NCBI GenBank assembly: GCA_964019335.1
Contig: OZ025713.1
Coordinates: forward strand, 186,001 to 250,000
Direction: 5' to 3'
DNA from: Diplonema japonicum
Taxonomy: Eukaryota > Protista > Euglenozoa: Diplonemea
DNA length: 64,000 nt
Positions 1 to 10,429 of this stretch are shown in pieces. Position numbers and translations under genes: made by a program. How positions within the stretch are numbered: the first letter of the stretch is position 1; each line of letters starts with the position of its first letter. Below the pieces are notes generated by a model. It saw only the letters and a program-made list of their open reading frames with translations. It did not search any database and was not told the origin of the DNA.

Positions 1-43
1 GCGGCATGCCCAAAGATGCAACGAAAGTGTCAATTGGCCTCAT
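1..43 (-). CDS. Possible 5' end of a further gene running off the left edge (MRPIDTFVASLGMP...)
   Basis: Minus-strand ATG at 43-41, preceded by an A-run as in most starts here; frame is open to position 1. Too short to identify. Confidence 0.35.
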   Translation of the reverse strand, partial: MRPIDTFVASLGMP

Positions 44-127
44 TTTTTTTGGGGGGGGTTTTTTTTTGAAATCGACCCATATATAGCGGTGTGTGTATTT
101 TCTTTCTTTTCGGACTATAAAAAAAGC

Positions 128-175
128 AACTCGATACAGATTCCGAGTGTGCAGGTGTTCCCCGTGGTGTTCACC
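128..175. repeat. Dispersed repeat family A, degenerate short copy
   Basis: AACTCGATACAGATTCCGAGTGTGCAGGTG...GGTGTTCACC aligns with 4613-4656 and 59180-59222. Confidence 0.5.
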
Positions 176-214
176 CCGTGGTGTCTACCTTCGGGGAGCT
201 GATACTTCAGCTTG

Positions 215-2527
215 CTACAACGGAAAAGTGGGGTGGTTCGAATTCCTCATCATCCGCACCACGCTGGTGAGCGTAGGATCGTCCTCTGCTTCATTGTGCA
301 TAGCGATGCCCTTGTCGTCCTGTTTGTGGAAACAATCAAAATACTCCTCAGACCATGGCCAGGATAGAGGGTCGGTGCACTCCGCCACATCAAGCTGGTG
401 CACCGTGGTCAGCTCACTATCGACAGTGACCACCCCAACGGGCCGCGTCAGGTAGTGCGTCGCGATATGTGCGGCCGTGGCCATACTGCACACGATGCTC
501 GCTTGCACGCCCATATACTGGCAAACACGGAGACCCGCAACACATAACTGCGGTGCCTTACCCAACGTAACATAGTACTTAGCCTTTGCTGTCCCTACAG
601 TACCATGCGTGGCAGAACCAGTACCGACAGATGCGGACACACCGGACACCCAGCTTGCTGCGGTTCGCTTCAACACTTTAAACAGCGTTGCGACATAGTG
701 GACGGACTCGAAGGTGTGGGACTGGCATCTTTTTTGCATGTTCCATCCAAGAGTCACGTCGGTTCCGGTTACAGCGAGCACTCCGCCTTGGGACTGCTCT
801 GACAGACTGTTCACGGTGCTCAGAAGCTGGTTCAGTCTTGATCCAACATCCCCGTTGTTTTCCAGGCACACCCCGTCGACCGATAGAATCACACAACTTG
901 CCGCCACGGCCCTCTGCAGCCTTGAATGGTGATTACCTTGCGGTTGCCCTGCCGCGCTGCGTCTTGACGATTCGGAACCAGAATGCACTGTTCGTTTATT
1001 GTGTTTTTCATTGACCTTAGACATGACTTCGGAGAGACGAGGAGCCAGGTGATCCGGGAGGAGCAGGTACACCATTAGTTCGGACGCGATTCCCTTCAAC
1101 GAAAGCTTACCGATCTTGTGGGTCACATGATTCGGCTCCAACATATCGGGCAGAGCATCATGTACCTGTTGTGTTACGAAAACCCCTCCGCCAGCACCAC
1201 AACCTTCAACCCTCGCAGCAGTGTTGACCACTGTCCCATGGTAATCATAACGAGACGTCAGAGGGTTGAGATCAGGTTCAACATCACCACAATGTATACC
1301 CACACGGACTCGAATACCGTTCCAGACGTCATCACGGGTGCAGCATTGTTGAATTCCTCTTAGAGAGTCGTCCCATGTGTAGTTGAAAAGTGCGTTCTGT
1401 GCTAGAATGCCGAACTGCACTGCGTCGGGTGCGCAGTCGAAGGCGACCATGAAGGAGTCGCCGATCGTCTTGACCTCGTACCCGTTCGCCTCCACAATGC
1501 ACTTCCGCATGATGGTGTTGTGTGCGGCAAGGGCTGTTTTCATCTTGTCACCGATGGCCTCCCATATCATTGTGGAAGCCTCGATGTCAGTGAACACTAA
1601 CGCGGCTGAATGTGAAATAAGACCAGGTGGGTTCGTTCGCATTTTCGACATCTCATTATCGGCCTCGTTGTCGGGCACCGACGTTGTACCCGATGACCCC
1701 TCGAAGATCGCGGCAGGGAGGTAAGGACGGTAGTTCTCGAGGTTCGAGAGTAACCGTCGAAGAAGCTCTGTGGTTTGCGATTCAGGGATTGTTGATAAAA
1801 CGGATTCCGCTTTCTCCAAATCGAAATGGACCAATGCCTCGGTTACCTTCTCCGTGGCCATGATGGACGCTTCAAGCCGTTCCTTCTCCAGCGTGACTGT
1901 TTTCGCGAAGCCCCTTGTGAAATAAAAATCGATCAAGAACACGATCAGCTGAGCGGTTATCGTTTTGAGCAGTACGTTCGCGTGACTCGAGCAAGGCGGG
2001 GTGTCGCAGTCCGTCACCTCCTTTCGATCTGATACGGACGCTGTACCAGGGACGTCGTAAAGTCCGAAGCGAAACAAACCTTCCCCCACCTGTATGAACA
2101 GCCATAGACATACAAGTGAAACAGCTGCCTTTGAATAAAAATCCGGCATTCGCATCACAAGTAGGGCGTCGATCAAGAGGACGAACAGCGGCCAAGCTCT
2201 GTCACTTAATGTAGACGCGGAGTCGACGTCAGCAAAGCATACTGCACTTGATAGACAAGCCAAATACAGAGCAATGGCCTTCTCGGAGAGCTTCTTTGTC
2301 AGAATCATCAGTGCGAGGCACGCCGCGGAGCTGACCCCGCCCGTTATGATCACCATGTGTTCCAGCATGAAACCGCGTGACACTGACACTGCTATAACCG
2401 GTAATAGGGCCATCATGATTAGGAGGCACAGCGTCCCTGTGAACCGCTTTCGTTGCTGCATCAGATCGCTGTCATTCTCGTGCTTTACCAAGCTATAAAT
2501 TCGGTTAGACACCGACCACCAAGTCAT
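215..2527 (-). CDS. Multi-pass membrane class III adenylate cyclase (770 aa): kinetoplastid-type catalytic domain plus a degenerate C-terminal cyclase-like domain
   Basis: Motifs VFTDIEASTMIWE, YEVKTIGDSFMV, RVRVGIHCG and DYHGTVVNTAARVE; about 6 N-terminal hydrophobic helices. Start placed at MTWWSV (2527); the ORF-track extension is translated poly-A. Confidence 0.92.
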   Translation of the reverse strand: MTWWSVSNRIYSLVKHENDSDLMQQRKRFTGTLCLLIMMALLPVIAVSVSRGFMLEHMVIITGGVSSAACLALMILTKKLSEKAIALYLACLSSAVCFADVDSASTLSDRAWPLFVLLIDALLVMRMPDFYSKAAVSLVCLWLFIQVGEGLFRFGLYDVPGTASVSDRKEVTDCDTPPCSSHANVLLKTITAQLIVFLIDFYFTRGFAKTVTLEKERLEASIMATEKVTEALVHFDLEKAESVLSTIPESQTTELLRRLLSNLENYRPYLPAAIFEGSSGTTSVPDNEADNEMSKMRTNPPGLISHSAALVFTDIEASTMIWEAIGDKMKTALAAHNTIMRKCIVEANGYEVKTIGDSFMVAFDCAPDAVQFGILAQNALFNYTWDDSLRGIQQCCTRDDVWNGIRVRVGIHCGDVEPDLNPLTSRYDYHGTVVNTAARVEGCGAGGGVFVTQQVHDALPDMLEPNHVTHKIGKLSLKGIASELMVYLLLPDHLAPRLSEVMSKVNEKHNKRTVHSGSESSRRSAAGQPQGNHHSRLQRAVAASCVILSVDGVCLENNGDVGSRLNQLLSTVNSLSEQSQGGVLAVTGTDVTLGWNMQKRCQSHTFESVHYVATLFKVLKRTAASWVSGVSASVGTGSATHGTVGTAKAKYYVTLGKAPQLCVAGLRVCQYMGVQASIVCSMATAAHIATHYLTRPVGVVTVDSELTTVHQLDVAECTDPLSWPWSEEYFDCFHKQDDKGIAMHNEAEDDPTLTSVVRMMRNSNHPTFPL

Positions 2528-2640
2528 GTTTCCCTTTTTTTTTTTTTTTTTTTTTTTTTTTGGTCGCTCCTCCCCTCTTTTTTCTTTTTTTTTTTGCGCC
2601 GTAAAATAAAAAAAAAAATACGCAAGAAAACGAAAAATCA

Positions 2641-2793
2641 AAGTTCGATGAGGTTTCAGCTTGGGGAGATTGTTCAAGGATGAAATTCACACTAACCGGC
2701 CACCGTCTGGTGGTCCTGCGGCTGTTTGTCGCGATGAGATGGACGGAATCTGGCTAGTTTGGTTCGAGGAGAAAAAAGCTGTCTCCAGTCGTA
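2641..2793. repeat. Dispersed repeat family A, long copy
   Basis: GGCTGTTTGTCGCGATGAGATGG (2720-2742) is identical to 59276-59298; GAAATTCACAC and TCGAGGAGAA are also shared. Confidence 0.8.
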
Positions 2794-2824
2794 ACCATGT
2801 GCCCGCCCCCTGTATGTCTCAGGG

Positions 2825-4093
2825 TTACACAACCCATCCCGGGTGCCACGAGGGACCTTTTACATCAGGGCACGCCTGATTACCGTGGCTGATCCATTGT
2901 TCTATAGATGGGTAATGTTGGTGAGGCTGTGATGAAGTAAGCCTATTGCACAGTTCACACCATCCTATTCTGTTTCCTTGAACAGGGTGAAGTGCCTCTG
3001 CAGCGTACGGCCGGTATGAAAGGTGGTGGTGCAAGAGAGAGGGTGTCGTGACAACTCGGTGGAGGTACTTCGCGAATTCTTTCGAAGAGTTGAAATTGTT
3101 GGTGTTGATCGGGGCGCCTGGATACGCTTCCGGTGGGCCGTTGACGAGTGGGATTGAACCCCATGTCAAAACCCTCCAGTACTTTTCAGTTATATAATCC
3201 ATGCAGTAAGAATTTTCAAACGCGTAGTGGAAAAGAGAATGTTGCAGGTCCCGTGTGAGCTCGTGGTCCTCAACCCACTCGCCAGACCAACATCGTCCCT
3301 TCAACTTCGAAGGAAACATCGTTGCAATCGAGTTCAACATCTTCTTTCGTTCCTCAATACAGTTCCCCACCACAGCAGACGCCTCGGGGACCTTCGACCT
3401 CAGAGCGTCGGCCTCGAACATCGTAACATTTCCCCTTCCTTCAAACCTTTTCTCCGTGGATATCCTGAAGAAAATATCCCACAAGTATGGAAAAGGAACG
3501 TCTGAATCGTGCCGGTACGACATAGTCCAGTTGAACAAAGGGTCCGGTCCTGCATGTCTACCAAGCTTAGATGTAGGTGCTTCGGCACCCCAAGACACCA
3601 GTACAGCAGAAGGCTTCATGTCGCGAAGTTCATTCTCCCGCGTCACTTTCGCTTGGCTCGCCAACGGTATGACTACCGCATCGGCGTCTTTAAGAAGCCT
3701 TCTGTCTGTTGTAATTCTGCATTTTGCGCGTGTTGATTCTGTGCAGGGCATGGTATATTTCTCGGGTATGCAGTACCCGTCACCCCGTTTGACTGCCTTG
3801 CTAGGACAGTACGGGGCCTGCCAGACCAAGATTAAAGGGTTTTGAGCAGGTTCGCGGGATCGGTTTGTGTCGATGATAGGGGTGAATGCCCTGCCCTGTG
3901 GTTTGAAATTGTAGTCGAATTCGGAGGCCTTCGTCACCGATATTCTCGCGGTGGTGTGGGCCTCTCCCGATAGCTGGTCGATCGCCGCCTTCAACGGGAG
4001 CGAGTGTTTAAAATCGAACCTGTTGGCGTCATACAGGAGCAGCATTACCATGGAGATGAGGATGAACGACAGTGTCCGGACACAGTACGTCAT
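2825..4093 (-). CDS. Alpha-1,3/4-fucosyltransferase (glycosyltransferase family 10), type II membrane protein
   Basis: N-terminal TM anchor; FNWTMSYRHDSDVPFPY and FHYAFENSYCMDYITEKYW alpha-1,3-FucT motifs. Confidence 0.92.
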   Translation of the reverse strand: MTYCVRTLSFILISMVMLLLYDANRFDFKHSLPLKAAIDQLSGEAHTTARISVTKASEFDYNFKPQGRAFTPIIDTNRSREPAQNPLILVWQAPYCPSKAVKRGDGYCIPEKYTMPCTESTRAKCRITTDRRLLKDADAVVIPLASQAKVTRENELRDMKPSAVLVSWGAEAPTSKLGRHAGPDPLFNWTMSYRHDSDVPFPYLWDIFFRISTEKRFEGRGNVTMFEADALRSKVPEASAVVGNCIEERKKMLNSIATMFPSKLKGRCWSGEWVEDHELTRDLQHSLFHYAFENSYCMDYITEKYWRVLTWGSIPLVNGPPEAYPGAPINTNNFNSSKEFAKYLHRVVTTPSLLHHHLSYRPYAAEALHPVQGNRIGWCELCNRLTSSQPHQHYPSIEQWISHGNQACPDVKGPSWHPGWVV

Positions 4094-4576
4094 TTTCCCT
4101 TTTTTTTTTCCCCCCCTCCCTCCACCCCTCCCCTTCTCTCACCCCCTTTACTTTTTTAAGAATAAAAAAGGAGGAATTTTATTTTCTTCTAAATGAGAAT
4201 AAAAAGAGAGGGAAAATGGGTGGCGACACTTTTTTTTTTTTTTTTTTTGCCATATTTGGTGCCCACAGCGGTGATATTCTCTCCCATCTTTTTTTATTTT
4301 ATTTTCTTTCCTTCCATTAGGAAAGGAAAAAAAAAAAAAAAAAAAAGAAGACAGAAGAAGAAGTTTAGGAATTTGAAACATCTGTCAGCCTCTCCTTTTG
4401 AGATTCTTATCTTTCACTAGGGAGGGACATAAATATTCATGTATAATATAATAGCTATTTTTTTTTCTTTTTTTTTTTCCCCCGCCTTCCTTTTCTTTTT
4501 CTTTTATGTACACGCGTGGAAACACGAGAAAGAAAGAAAAAAGAAGAGAAGAATCCATTTGGTATGCCGAGCTGAG

Positions 4577-4612
<36 letters not shown>

Positions 4613-4617
<5 letters not shown>

Positions 4618-4656
4618 GATAAAATTTCAGTGTGCATGGGGGTGCTCACTGTTCAA
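4613..4656. repeat. Dispersed repeat family A, short copy
   Basis: AAATTTCAGTGTGCATGGGGGTGCTCAC versus AAATTTCGGTGTGCGGGTGGGTGCTCAC at about 59189-59216. Confidence 0.7.
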
Positions 4657-4731
4657 AAAAAAAAAAAAAAAACTATTCTTTTAACTGAACCGTCCAATAC
4701 TTCCCATAGGTGCTCTTGCAACAAAGAAAGG

Positions 4732-5285
4732 TGATGTCACATGCAAACTCCGCGCGAGAGCCGCAGGCCCCTAGAAGAAGGGAAGGGGGTATGGCCAGTA
4801 CTGAGGCATCTCTCGGCATCTCTCAGCTTCGGACATATCTCGCAACTCCTCCAGGTGCTATCCTCATCAGGCGAGAGGCACCCTTCAATGGCTCCTACTA
4901 GCGTCCCAGCAGGTTTGGAGAGTACCGTTCCCGACCACGGTCTCCGCATTCGCTCTGTGGACAAGGCTATGGAAGAGGTCCTTAGTGGCTCCTGCGGGGG
5001 GGTTTTTGGAATTATCCAAGTGGGCCCAGGTGGACATTGTGGGGCTGTAGCATCGATATCTACTGCTGACCAATAGCTTGAGGGGCGAATCTCAAGGCAC
5101 GGATCGGATATGCATGCATGAACCCGCAGACCGATTCGGGATCGGGGGGGCCACGGGGCGTGAACGCAACCCAGACAATGCCTCTTACAATTACCTGTTC
5201 CCACGAAAATAAATAAAGATGATGTCACATGCAAACTCCGCGCGAGAAGAAGTATGGTCAGTACTAGGCATCTCTCAGTTTCGGA
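4732..5285. repeat. About 550-bp segment bounded by direct repeats (TRIM-like element or local duplication)
   Basis: TGATGTCACATGCAAACTCCGCGCGAGA is identical at 4732-4759 and 5220-5247; both copies continue with GTATGGYCAGTACT(G)AGGCATCTCTC...TTCGGA. Confidence 0.7.
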
Positions 5286-5301
5286 AGAAGGAAAAAAAAA
5301 A

Positions 5302-7281
5302 TCACTTTTGCCGCCTCCTTCGTTTCATGCGGTTGAACCTCGGTGGGTTTTTGATGTCCTTCAAGGCTTCTGTCAGGTCGCACGATGTGTTTATAGACGC
5401 CTGTTTCTTCGGCGGGGGTGTTGGTGTGTACTCCATCCATTCCGCAGGCTTCGCTTGAGCAACAGTGTTGTTCGTGATGATCCAGCATTTCTTCGCTCCC
5501 TGCGACGTCCCTGCAGGATGCACGGCAGCAGGCGAACAAGGCGTCACCTTCCTGTCCTCAAAGTGAAAGGGTACACTAATCCCTTGCGGGAGCCCCGGGA
5601 AAGGGTGCAACACAGGCGGGATCAAATACCCGTTTTTACTATACCGACGGTCAAGCATAACTGAAAGAGGGAAATACTCATGCTCGACAAGGGAGCGGCG
5701 TACGGCGGACATTACTGAAGAATAGTGATCGTGCGCTTCAAGACATGACACAAACTCGGATTTTTCAAGATACCACATATCACACCCAGCTACGGATTGG
5801 ACAGGGAAGAGCCATCTGTGGAATGCCAAACACGACACACCAATCACATCCCCGGATTTGAAATATAAATGTTTTTTCGTCAGGTTATTCTGGACACAAG
5901 CTTTCCCCGAGACTAAAATGTACAGTCGGTTGCATTCGTTGACGGCGGAGAGGATGTTCTGATTGGGAAGAAACACCAGCGGCTTCAGCCTAGTCGCCAC
6001 GTCAGTCAAAAAGCTTCTGGAACACAGTTCACCGATTATGTGCGAGCGGGACAGCATTTCAACCGCCGTTTCTATCCTTACTGGTGATGTTCGCTGCTCT
6101 TCCAAGTATTTCATCCTAGCCTCACTTGATCTGTTGTAAATACACTTTCTGATGTTCTCGTACTTAAGCAATTCAAGCAGTTTAACGAAGGGTAAGAGCC
6201 ACATATCACAGTGCTGTACTGCCCTCACAGAGTCGGCCTGCTTACCGCATCCAAAGACAAATGTGATCTCTCCAAATGTTGAGTTGCTTGTTGGTGTGTG
6301 CACGGTCACCTCACCGGTTGGGGTGACACCTTCAGCCCTTCCACGGCATAGATAGTATACACCTTTCCCAATGTCGCCTGCCTCGTATATTGCGTTTTCC
6401 GAGCGTATACAAAGCGGCTGGAGGATTTCTACTAACATTCCGGCTTCGTGGTCTGTGAGGTCTGCAAAGAGAAACGAGGCTTTGAGGTCAGCCGCTGTTC
6501 TTGGGAGGAATGTAATGATGTTCCTCTCTCTGCGTTGAAAAGCTTTGTTGTAGATGGAGTCCTTGTGGTTCTGGGGGAGGAGGTTCAGTTCCTTCACGAA
6601 CAAGCTGCGGGGTATCGTCCAGCAATCGCAGTCCTGTTCCAACACCACACTTGCGGTGCGCGGCTCGTCGGTCAGCAACGCAAAGTCTCCGATTAGCTTC
6701 GGAGCCGAGATTCGAGCAATGACAGCAACATGGTGCAAACCTTTATTATTCGGGATTTTCTCTTTTTTTGTGATGGTGACCCTGCCCGATAATATTAACC
6801 ACAACCCTGTTCCCCCTGACTCTCCTTCATGTATGATTACATCGCCGGTTTGAGTTGTAACGGGAAGAGCTTCCTCTGCAAGGTGGTGCAGGGATTCCAT
6901 CGGCCAGCAAGATAAAAGCTCGCCTGTTCTGAGGAGTTGTACGATAGAAGAGAATTCGGTGTTTAAGTGGTTCTTGTCCTTTCGCCGTTTGTTCTTTGAA
7001 GAGCGGAGCATCACGCGGGGCACCCATAGAAAGCTGAGTTTTACTGCTGCGTATCGTCTAACCTCGTCCTGAACTTCATTGGGAATACCCTGCATTAAAG
7101 CGCTCTCCGTGAAGCCAAAGTCGTGGTTCTTCAGAACAGAGGTGGCGACATGTTCATTAATCATAGTTGGGGCCCGTTGTTTCTTTTTCATTGGTGTGAG
7201 GCACCTCCGGGCAGCGGTTGATTGGTCAGTAGATACATCGATGGACAGCGTGTTTTGTGTTCTTCGAGTGCTCTCATGCAT
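5302..7281 (-). CDS. Protein with three cyclic-nucleotide-binding (cNMP/CAP-like) domains (659 aa)
   Basis: IIHEGESGGTGLWLILSGRV...IGDFALLTDEPRTASV is a canonical phosphate-binding cassette; two further degenerate copies (IYEAGDIGKGVYYLCRG...FGEI; RLYILVSG...GDVIG). Confidence 0.88.
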   Translation of the reverse strand: MHESTRRTQNTLSIDVSTDQSTAARRCLTPMKKKQRAPTMINEHVATSVLKNHDFGFTESALMQGIPNEVQDEVRRYAAVKLSFLWVPRVMLRSSKNKRRKDKNHLNTEFSSIVQLLRTGELLSCWPMESLHHLAEEALPVTTQTGDVIIHEGESGGTGLWLILSGRVTITKKEKIPNNKGLHHVAVIARISAPKLIGDFALLTDEPRTASVVLEQDCDCWTIPRSLFVKELNLLPQNHKDSIYNKAFQRRERNIITFLPRTAADLKASFLFADLTDHEAGMLVEILQPLCIRSENAIYEAGDIGKGVYYLCRGRAEGVTPTGEVTVHTPTSNSTFGEITFVFGCGKQADSVRAVQHCDMWLLPFVKLLELLKYENIRKCIYNRSSEARMKYLEEQRTSPVRIETAVEMLSRSHIIGELCSRSFLTDVATRLKPLVFLPNQNILSAVNECNRLYILVSGKACVQNNLTKKHLYFKSGDVIGVSCLAFHRWLFPVQSVAGCDMWYLEKSEFVSCLEAHDHYSSVMSAVRRSLVEHEYFPLSVMLDRRYSKNGYLIPPVLHPFPGLPQGISVPFHFEDRKVTPCSPAAVHPAGTSQGAKKCWIITNNTVAQAKPAEWMEYTPTPPPKKQASINTSCDLTEALKDIKNPPRFNRMKRRRRQK

Positions 7282-7605
7282 TTCTTTTTTTTTTTTTTTG
7301 CACCCCCTTTTTTTTTTCTTTTTTCTTTTTTCTTTTAAGTGAAGTTATGAGGAAAGAAAATTTTAATTAAAGGAAGAAAAAGAAAAGAAAAGAAAAGTGT
7401 GTGTGTGTGTGTGTGTGTGTGTGGAGGGGGGGGAAGGGAGGAGGGTTGGAGAAGAGAAAAAAAAAAGTTTTTTTTTTAAAAAAAAATACAGGGCAAGTTA
7501 GTTATGAAAAGAAAGGAGGATTTTTTTTTTTTCCCCTCCCCCTCCCCCTCCCCCCCCCCCCCCCCTCCCGCAAGAAGGGGGAGAGAAATGAAAGGAGGGG
7601 AAACA

Positions 7606-7639
<34 letters not shown>

Positions 7640-8422
7640 AAAAAAGAGAAAAAAAAAAAAAAAAAAAAAAAAAACCAAAAGAAGAAAAGAGGACAAATCG
7701 GCCCATTGTTGGTTCACTGCCAACATGTTCCCCTCTTACTTTGCTTCAAGGCCCCTTTGTCATCGGCGGCAGTTTCTTTTTTTTTTTTTTTTCTTGTTTT
7801 TTTCTTTTTTTTAAAATATTCTTATTTAAATGAGCAAAAGAAAGAAAAATAACAGTATAAAGAGCGGGTTAAAAAAAATAGAAAAAAGAGGGGGGGGAAA
7901 TAAAAAAAGAAACTGCACTTGAGAGGAGTAGTTTCTTTTTTTCCGTATCCTTTCTTCTCGTTAAGAAAATGAGAACAAAAAAAAAGGGGTTGGATGAAGA
8001 CAGAGAAGATGAGGGTATAAAGATTAAAGAAGAAAAAAAGTAATTTCACTTATTCTTGTTTTGCGAGGAAAGGGGAGATTATAAAAAGAAATAGGGGGGG
8101 CAGAAAAAAAAGAAAAATAAATAATACAAAATCCCTACAAAACAAGTGTACACTTTTTTTTTTTTAAAAAGAAAAATGAAAACCTTATTTTTGAAACCCC
8201 AAAAAGAGATTTTCCTGGTGTTATTATTTTTTTTTTTTTTCCTTCTCTTTTTTTTTCCCAAAAATATGCTCAATTTTTTCTAATGGAGGGGGGGGGGAGG
8301 AAAAAAAAAAGAAAAAAGAAAAAAAAAAAAAAAACCATTTGTTTGCGCTTTTTTCTTTTTTCTGTTCTTTTTATACAAGCTTGGGGGGTGGTGTTGAGAA
8401 CGGGTGGGGAACAAAAAGAAAT

Positions 8423-8457
<35 letters not shown>

Positions 8458-8524
8458 AACTATTTTAAAAACACTGAATTCCCCCCTCTCAGAAAAAAAT
8501 AAAAAAAAAAAAAAAAAAAAAAAC

Positions 8525-9828
8525 TCATTTGAGCGAACTCACAACTGCAGGGCCAAGCGCCTCCACAACCTGGCGGTAGAAATCATGGAAATCAAGGGTA
8601 TCACCTCTGCCCCTTCTGATCTGCAATATTTTTTTTTTTTTTTTTTTTTCTTTTTTATTCCTTTCCCCCAAACCTCCACAAAAGTAAGCCCATCCGCGCT
8701 CACAGGCAAAACCACTGCAATATACGTGAGGAGGCCCTTGTTGGCGTTGGCGAACCCCTTAATTTCCCACGAGCCCTCTTTGTTCTTGGGGTTCCCCTTC
8801 AAATTCCCCAGAACCTGCACAAGCGACTGCAACGAAGCAGTAGGGTTCGACGACATAACGAAGCGTGTCGCTTTCTTGATGAGAGCGGACGCACCCAGCG
8901 TCAAAGGGTTAAGCGACCCGGCAGTCAGCCTGCTAATGATGTCAAAAGCATCAAGACTCGCGACCGAATCGGGCTTGGGGTCGCTGGTCCCGCTCGGCTC
9001 CGCGACCTAATTTTTTTTTTTTTTTTTTTTTTTTTTCAATTTACAACATACATTAGAGACTGCCCCCTCTACCTCGGTGCTTGACACCTGAACCTTGCTG
9101 TTCTTGGAACGGTGGAGGCACGACGGGTCGAAGTTCTCCGCGAACCAAGGGTGCTTTATCAACTCGTCAAGGGTAATACGTTTCTCGGGCTCGATGACAA
9201 GCATCTTGCTGATGATGTCCTTAACGGGTTCGGAGAACTGCCGTGCCATTCTATAGTCGCCTCTCTCTATCTTGTTGAACAGTGCGTTCATGTTGGGATC
9301 GTCAAAGGGAAGGTACCCTGCGAGCATCACGAACAAAATTACACCGCAAGACCAGATGTCGGCGGTGATTCCGTTATAACCCTTCTCTTTGAGGACCTCC
9401 GGTGCAACGTAGTTAGGGGTCCCACACACTGTTTGAAGTAGGGTACCGCCGCCGCCCGCACCGCCTCTCTGCAGATTTGACAAACCGAAATCGGTGATTT
9501 TAAGATTGTCGTTGCCGTCCAGCAAAAGGTTCTCGGGTTTTAAATCCCTGTGGGCGATGCCCTGCTGGTGGCAGTAGTAGATACCCATCACAAGCTGCTG
9601 GAAGTATCTCCTTGCAGTGGCCTCGTCGAATTTCTTTGCTGCGACGATTCGGTCGAAGAGCTCACCGCCTGTGACGAGCTCGAGAATGAGGTAGATGTGC
9701 TTCTGCGTCTGCAGGACCTCGCGGAGCTGAACGATGTGGTCGTGCTTAAGAACCTTCATCACTGCAATCTCTCGTTTGAGCTGTTCCTCCATGTGTTCCT
9801 TGGCCAGCTGGGACTTGTCGATGATCTG

Positions 9829-9873
<45 letters not shown>

Positions 9874-9989
9874 CAATACCTTGATTGCAAAAGCCGTTCC
9901 CGTCTCCATGTCGGTGCCGTACTTCACCTTTGAGAAGGTTCCCGTCCCGAGCGTCTTCCCCAACTCGTACTTTCCTATTCTCTTCGGCA

Positions 9990-9990
<1 letters not shown>
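8525..9990 (-). CDS. CBL-interacting (CIPK/SnRK3-like) Ser/Thr kinase, 437 aa; exons 9990-9880, 9825-9052, 9006-8674 and 8620-8525
   Basis: Motifs GTGTFSKV, HRDLKPEN, DFG and CGTPNYVAPE. Removing three GT-AG introns gives a continuous frame with a NAF-like motif (LDAFDIISRL) and a CIPK-type tail (VEIRRGRGDTLDFHDFY), ending at TGA 8527-8525. Confidence 0.9.
8621..8673 (-). other. Intron 3 of the CIPK-like gene (53 nt, phase 0, A-rich)
   Basis: GTTTGG...poly(A)...TTGCAG; removal restores the conserved C-terminus. Confidence 0.85.
9007..9051 (-). other. Intron 2 of the CIPK-like gene (45 nt, phase 0, A-rich)
   Basis: GTATGT...poly(A)...TTAG; its terminal TAG is the in-frame stop that truncates the raw ORF. 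Confidence 0.88.
9826..9879 (-). other. Intron 1 of the CIPK-like gene (54 nt, phase 0, almost pure poly(A))
   Basis: GTATTG-poly(A)-CCCAG interrupts kinase subdomain II (FAIK|IIDK). Confidence 0.9.
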
Positions 9991-10020
<30 letters not shown>

Positions 10021-10264
10021 GGGTCTTTTTTTTTTTTTTTAGTAGGAATGGACGGCGAGGAGGGGGGGGGGGAGAAAAAAAACACTGTTTGGTGTTGTCA
10101 GAAGGATGAAAGATTAAAAAAAAAAGAGAAAAAAAAAAAAAAAAAAAGAGGAACCAGGACCGTTGTTCGTACGTGCCGGGTAAAAACCTGGAGAAGTTTG
10201 TAAAAAACCCGAAACACGTTGCCAACGTTCCCCTTTTGTTTAGACAAGTCAAAGACTCGTTCTT

Positions 10265-10311
<47 letters not shown>

Positions 10312-10379
10312 CCTCCCGGCTTTATCTTGTTTTCTCAAAAAAAAAAAAAAAAGAAAAAAAAAAAAAAAAAAGAGAAACA

Positions 10380-10414
<35 letters not shown>

Positions 10415-10429
10415 ACAAAAGATGTAAAA

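Noticed and set aside
2528-2677. N-terminal extension of the cyclase ORF (likewise 61084-61422 for the sulfatase and 58309-58347 for the coiled-coil gene)
   Set aside because: These rely on non-ATG starts read through homopolymers; the downstream ATGs give sensible N-termini.
7282-8524. Many poly-K/poly-F/poly-P ORFs in the spacers (also 4100-4700, 10000-10430, 13320-14450, 17740-18500)
   Set aside because: They are translations of A/T/G/C homopolymer tracts with no coding signal; the tract lengths may also be inaccurate.
8539-8904. Separate 121-aa gene after the kinase
   Set aside because: It is exon 3 plus read-through of intron 3 of the CIPK-like gene.
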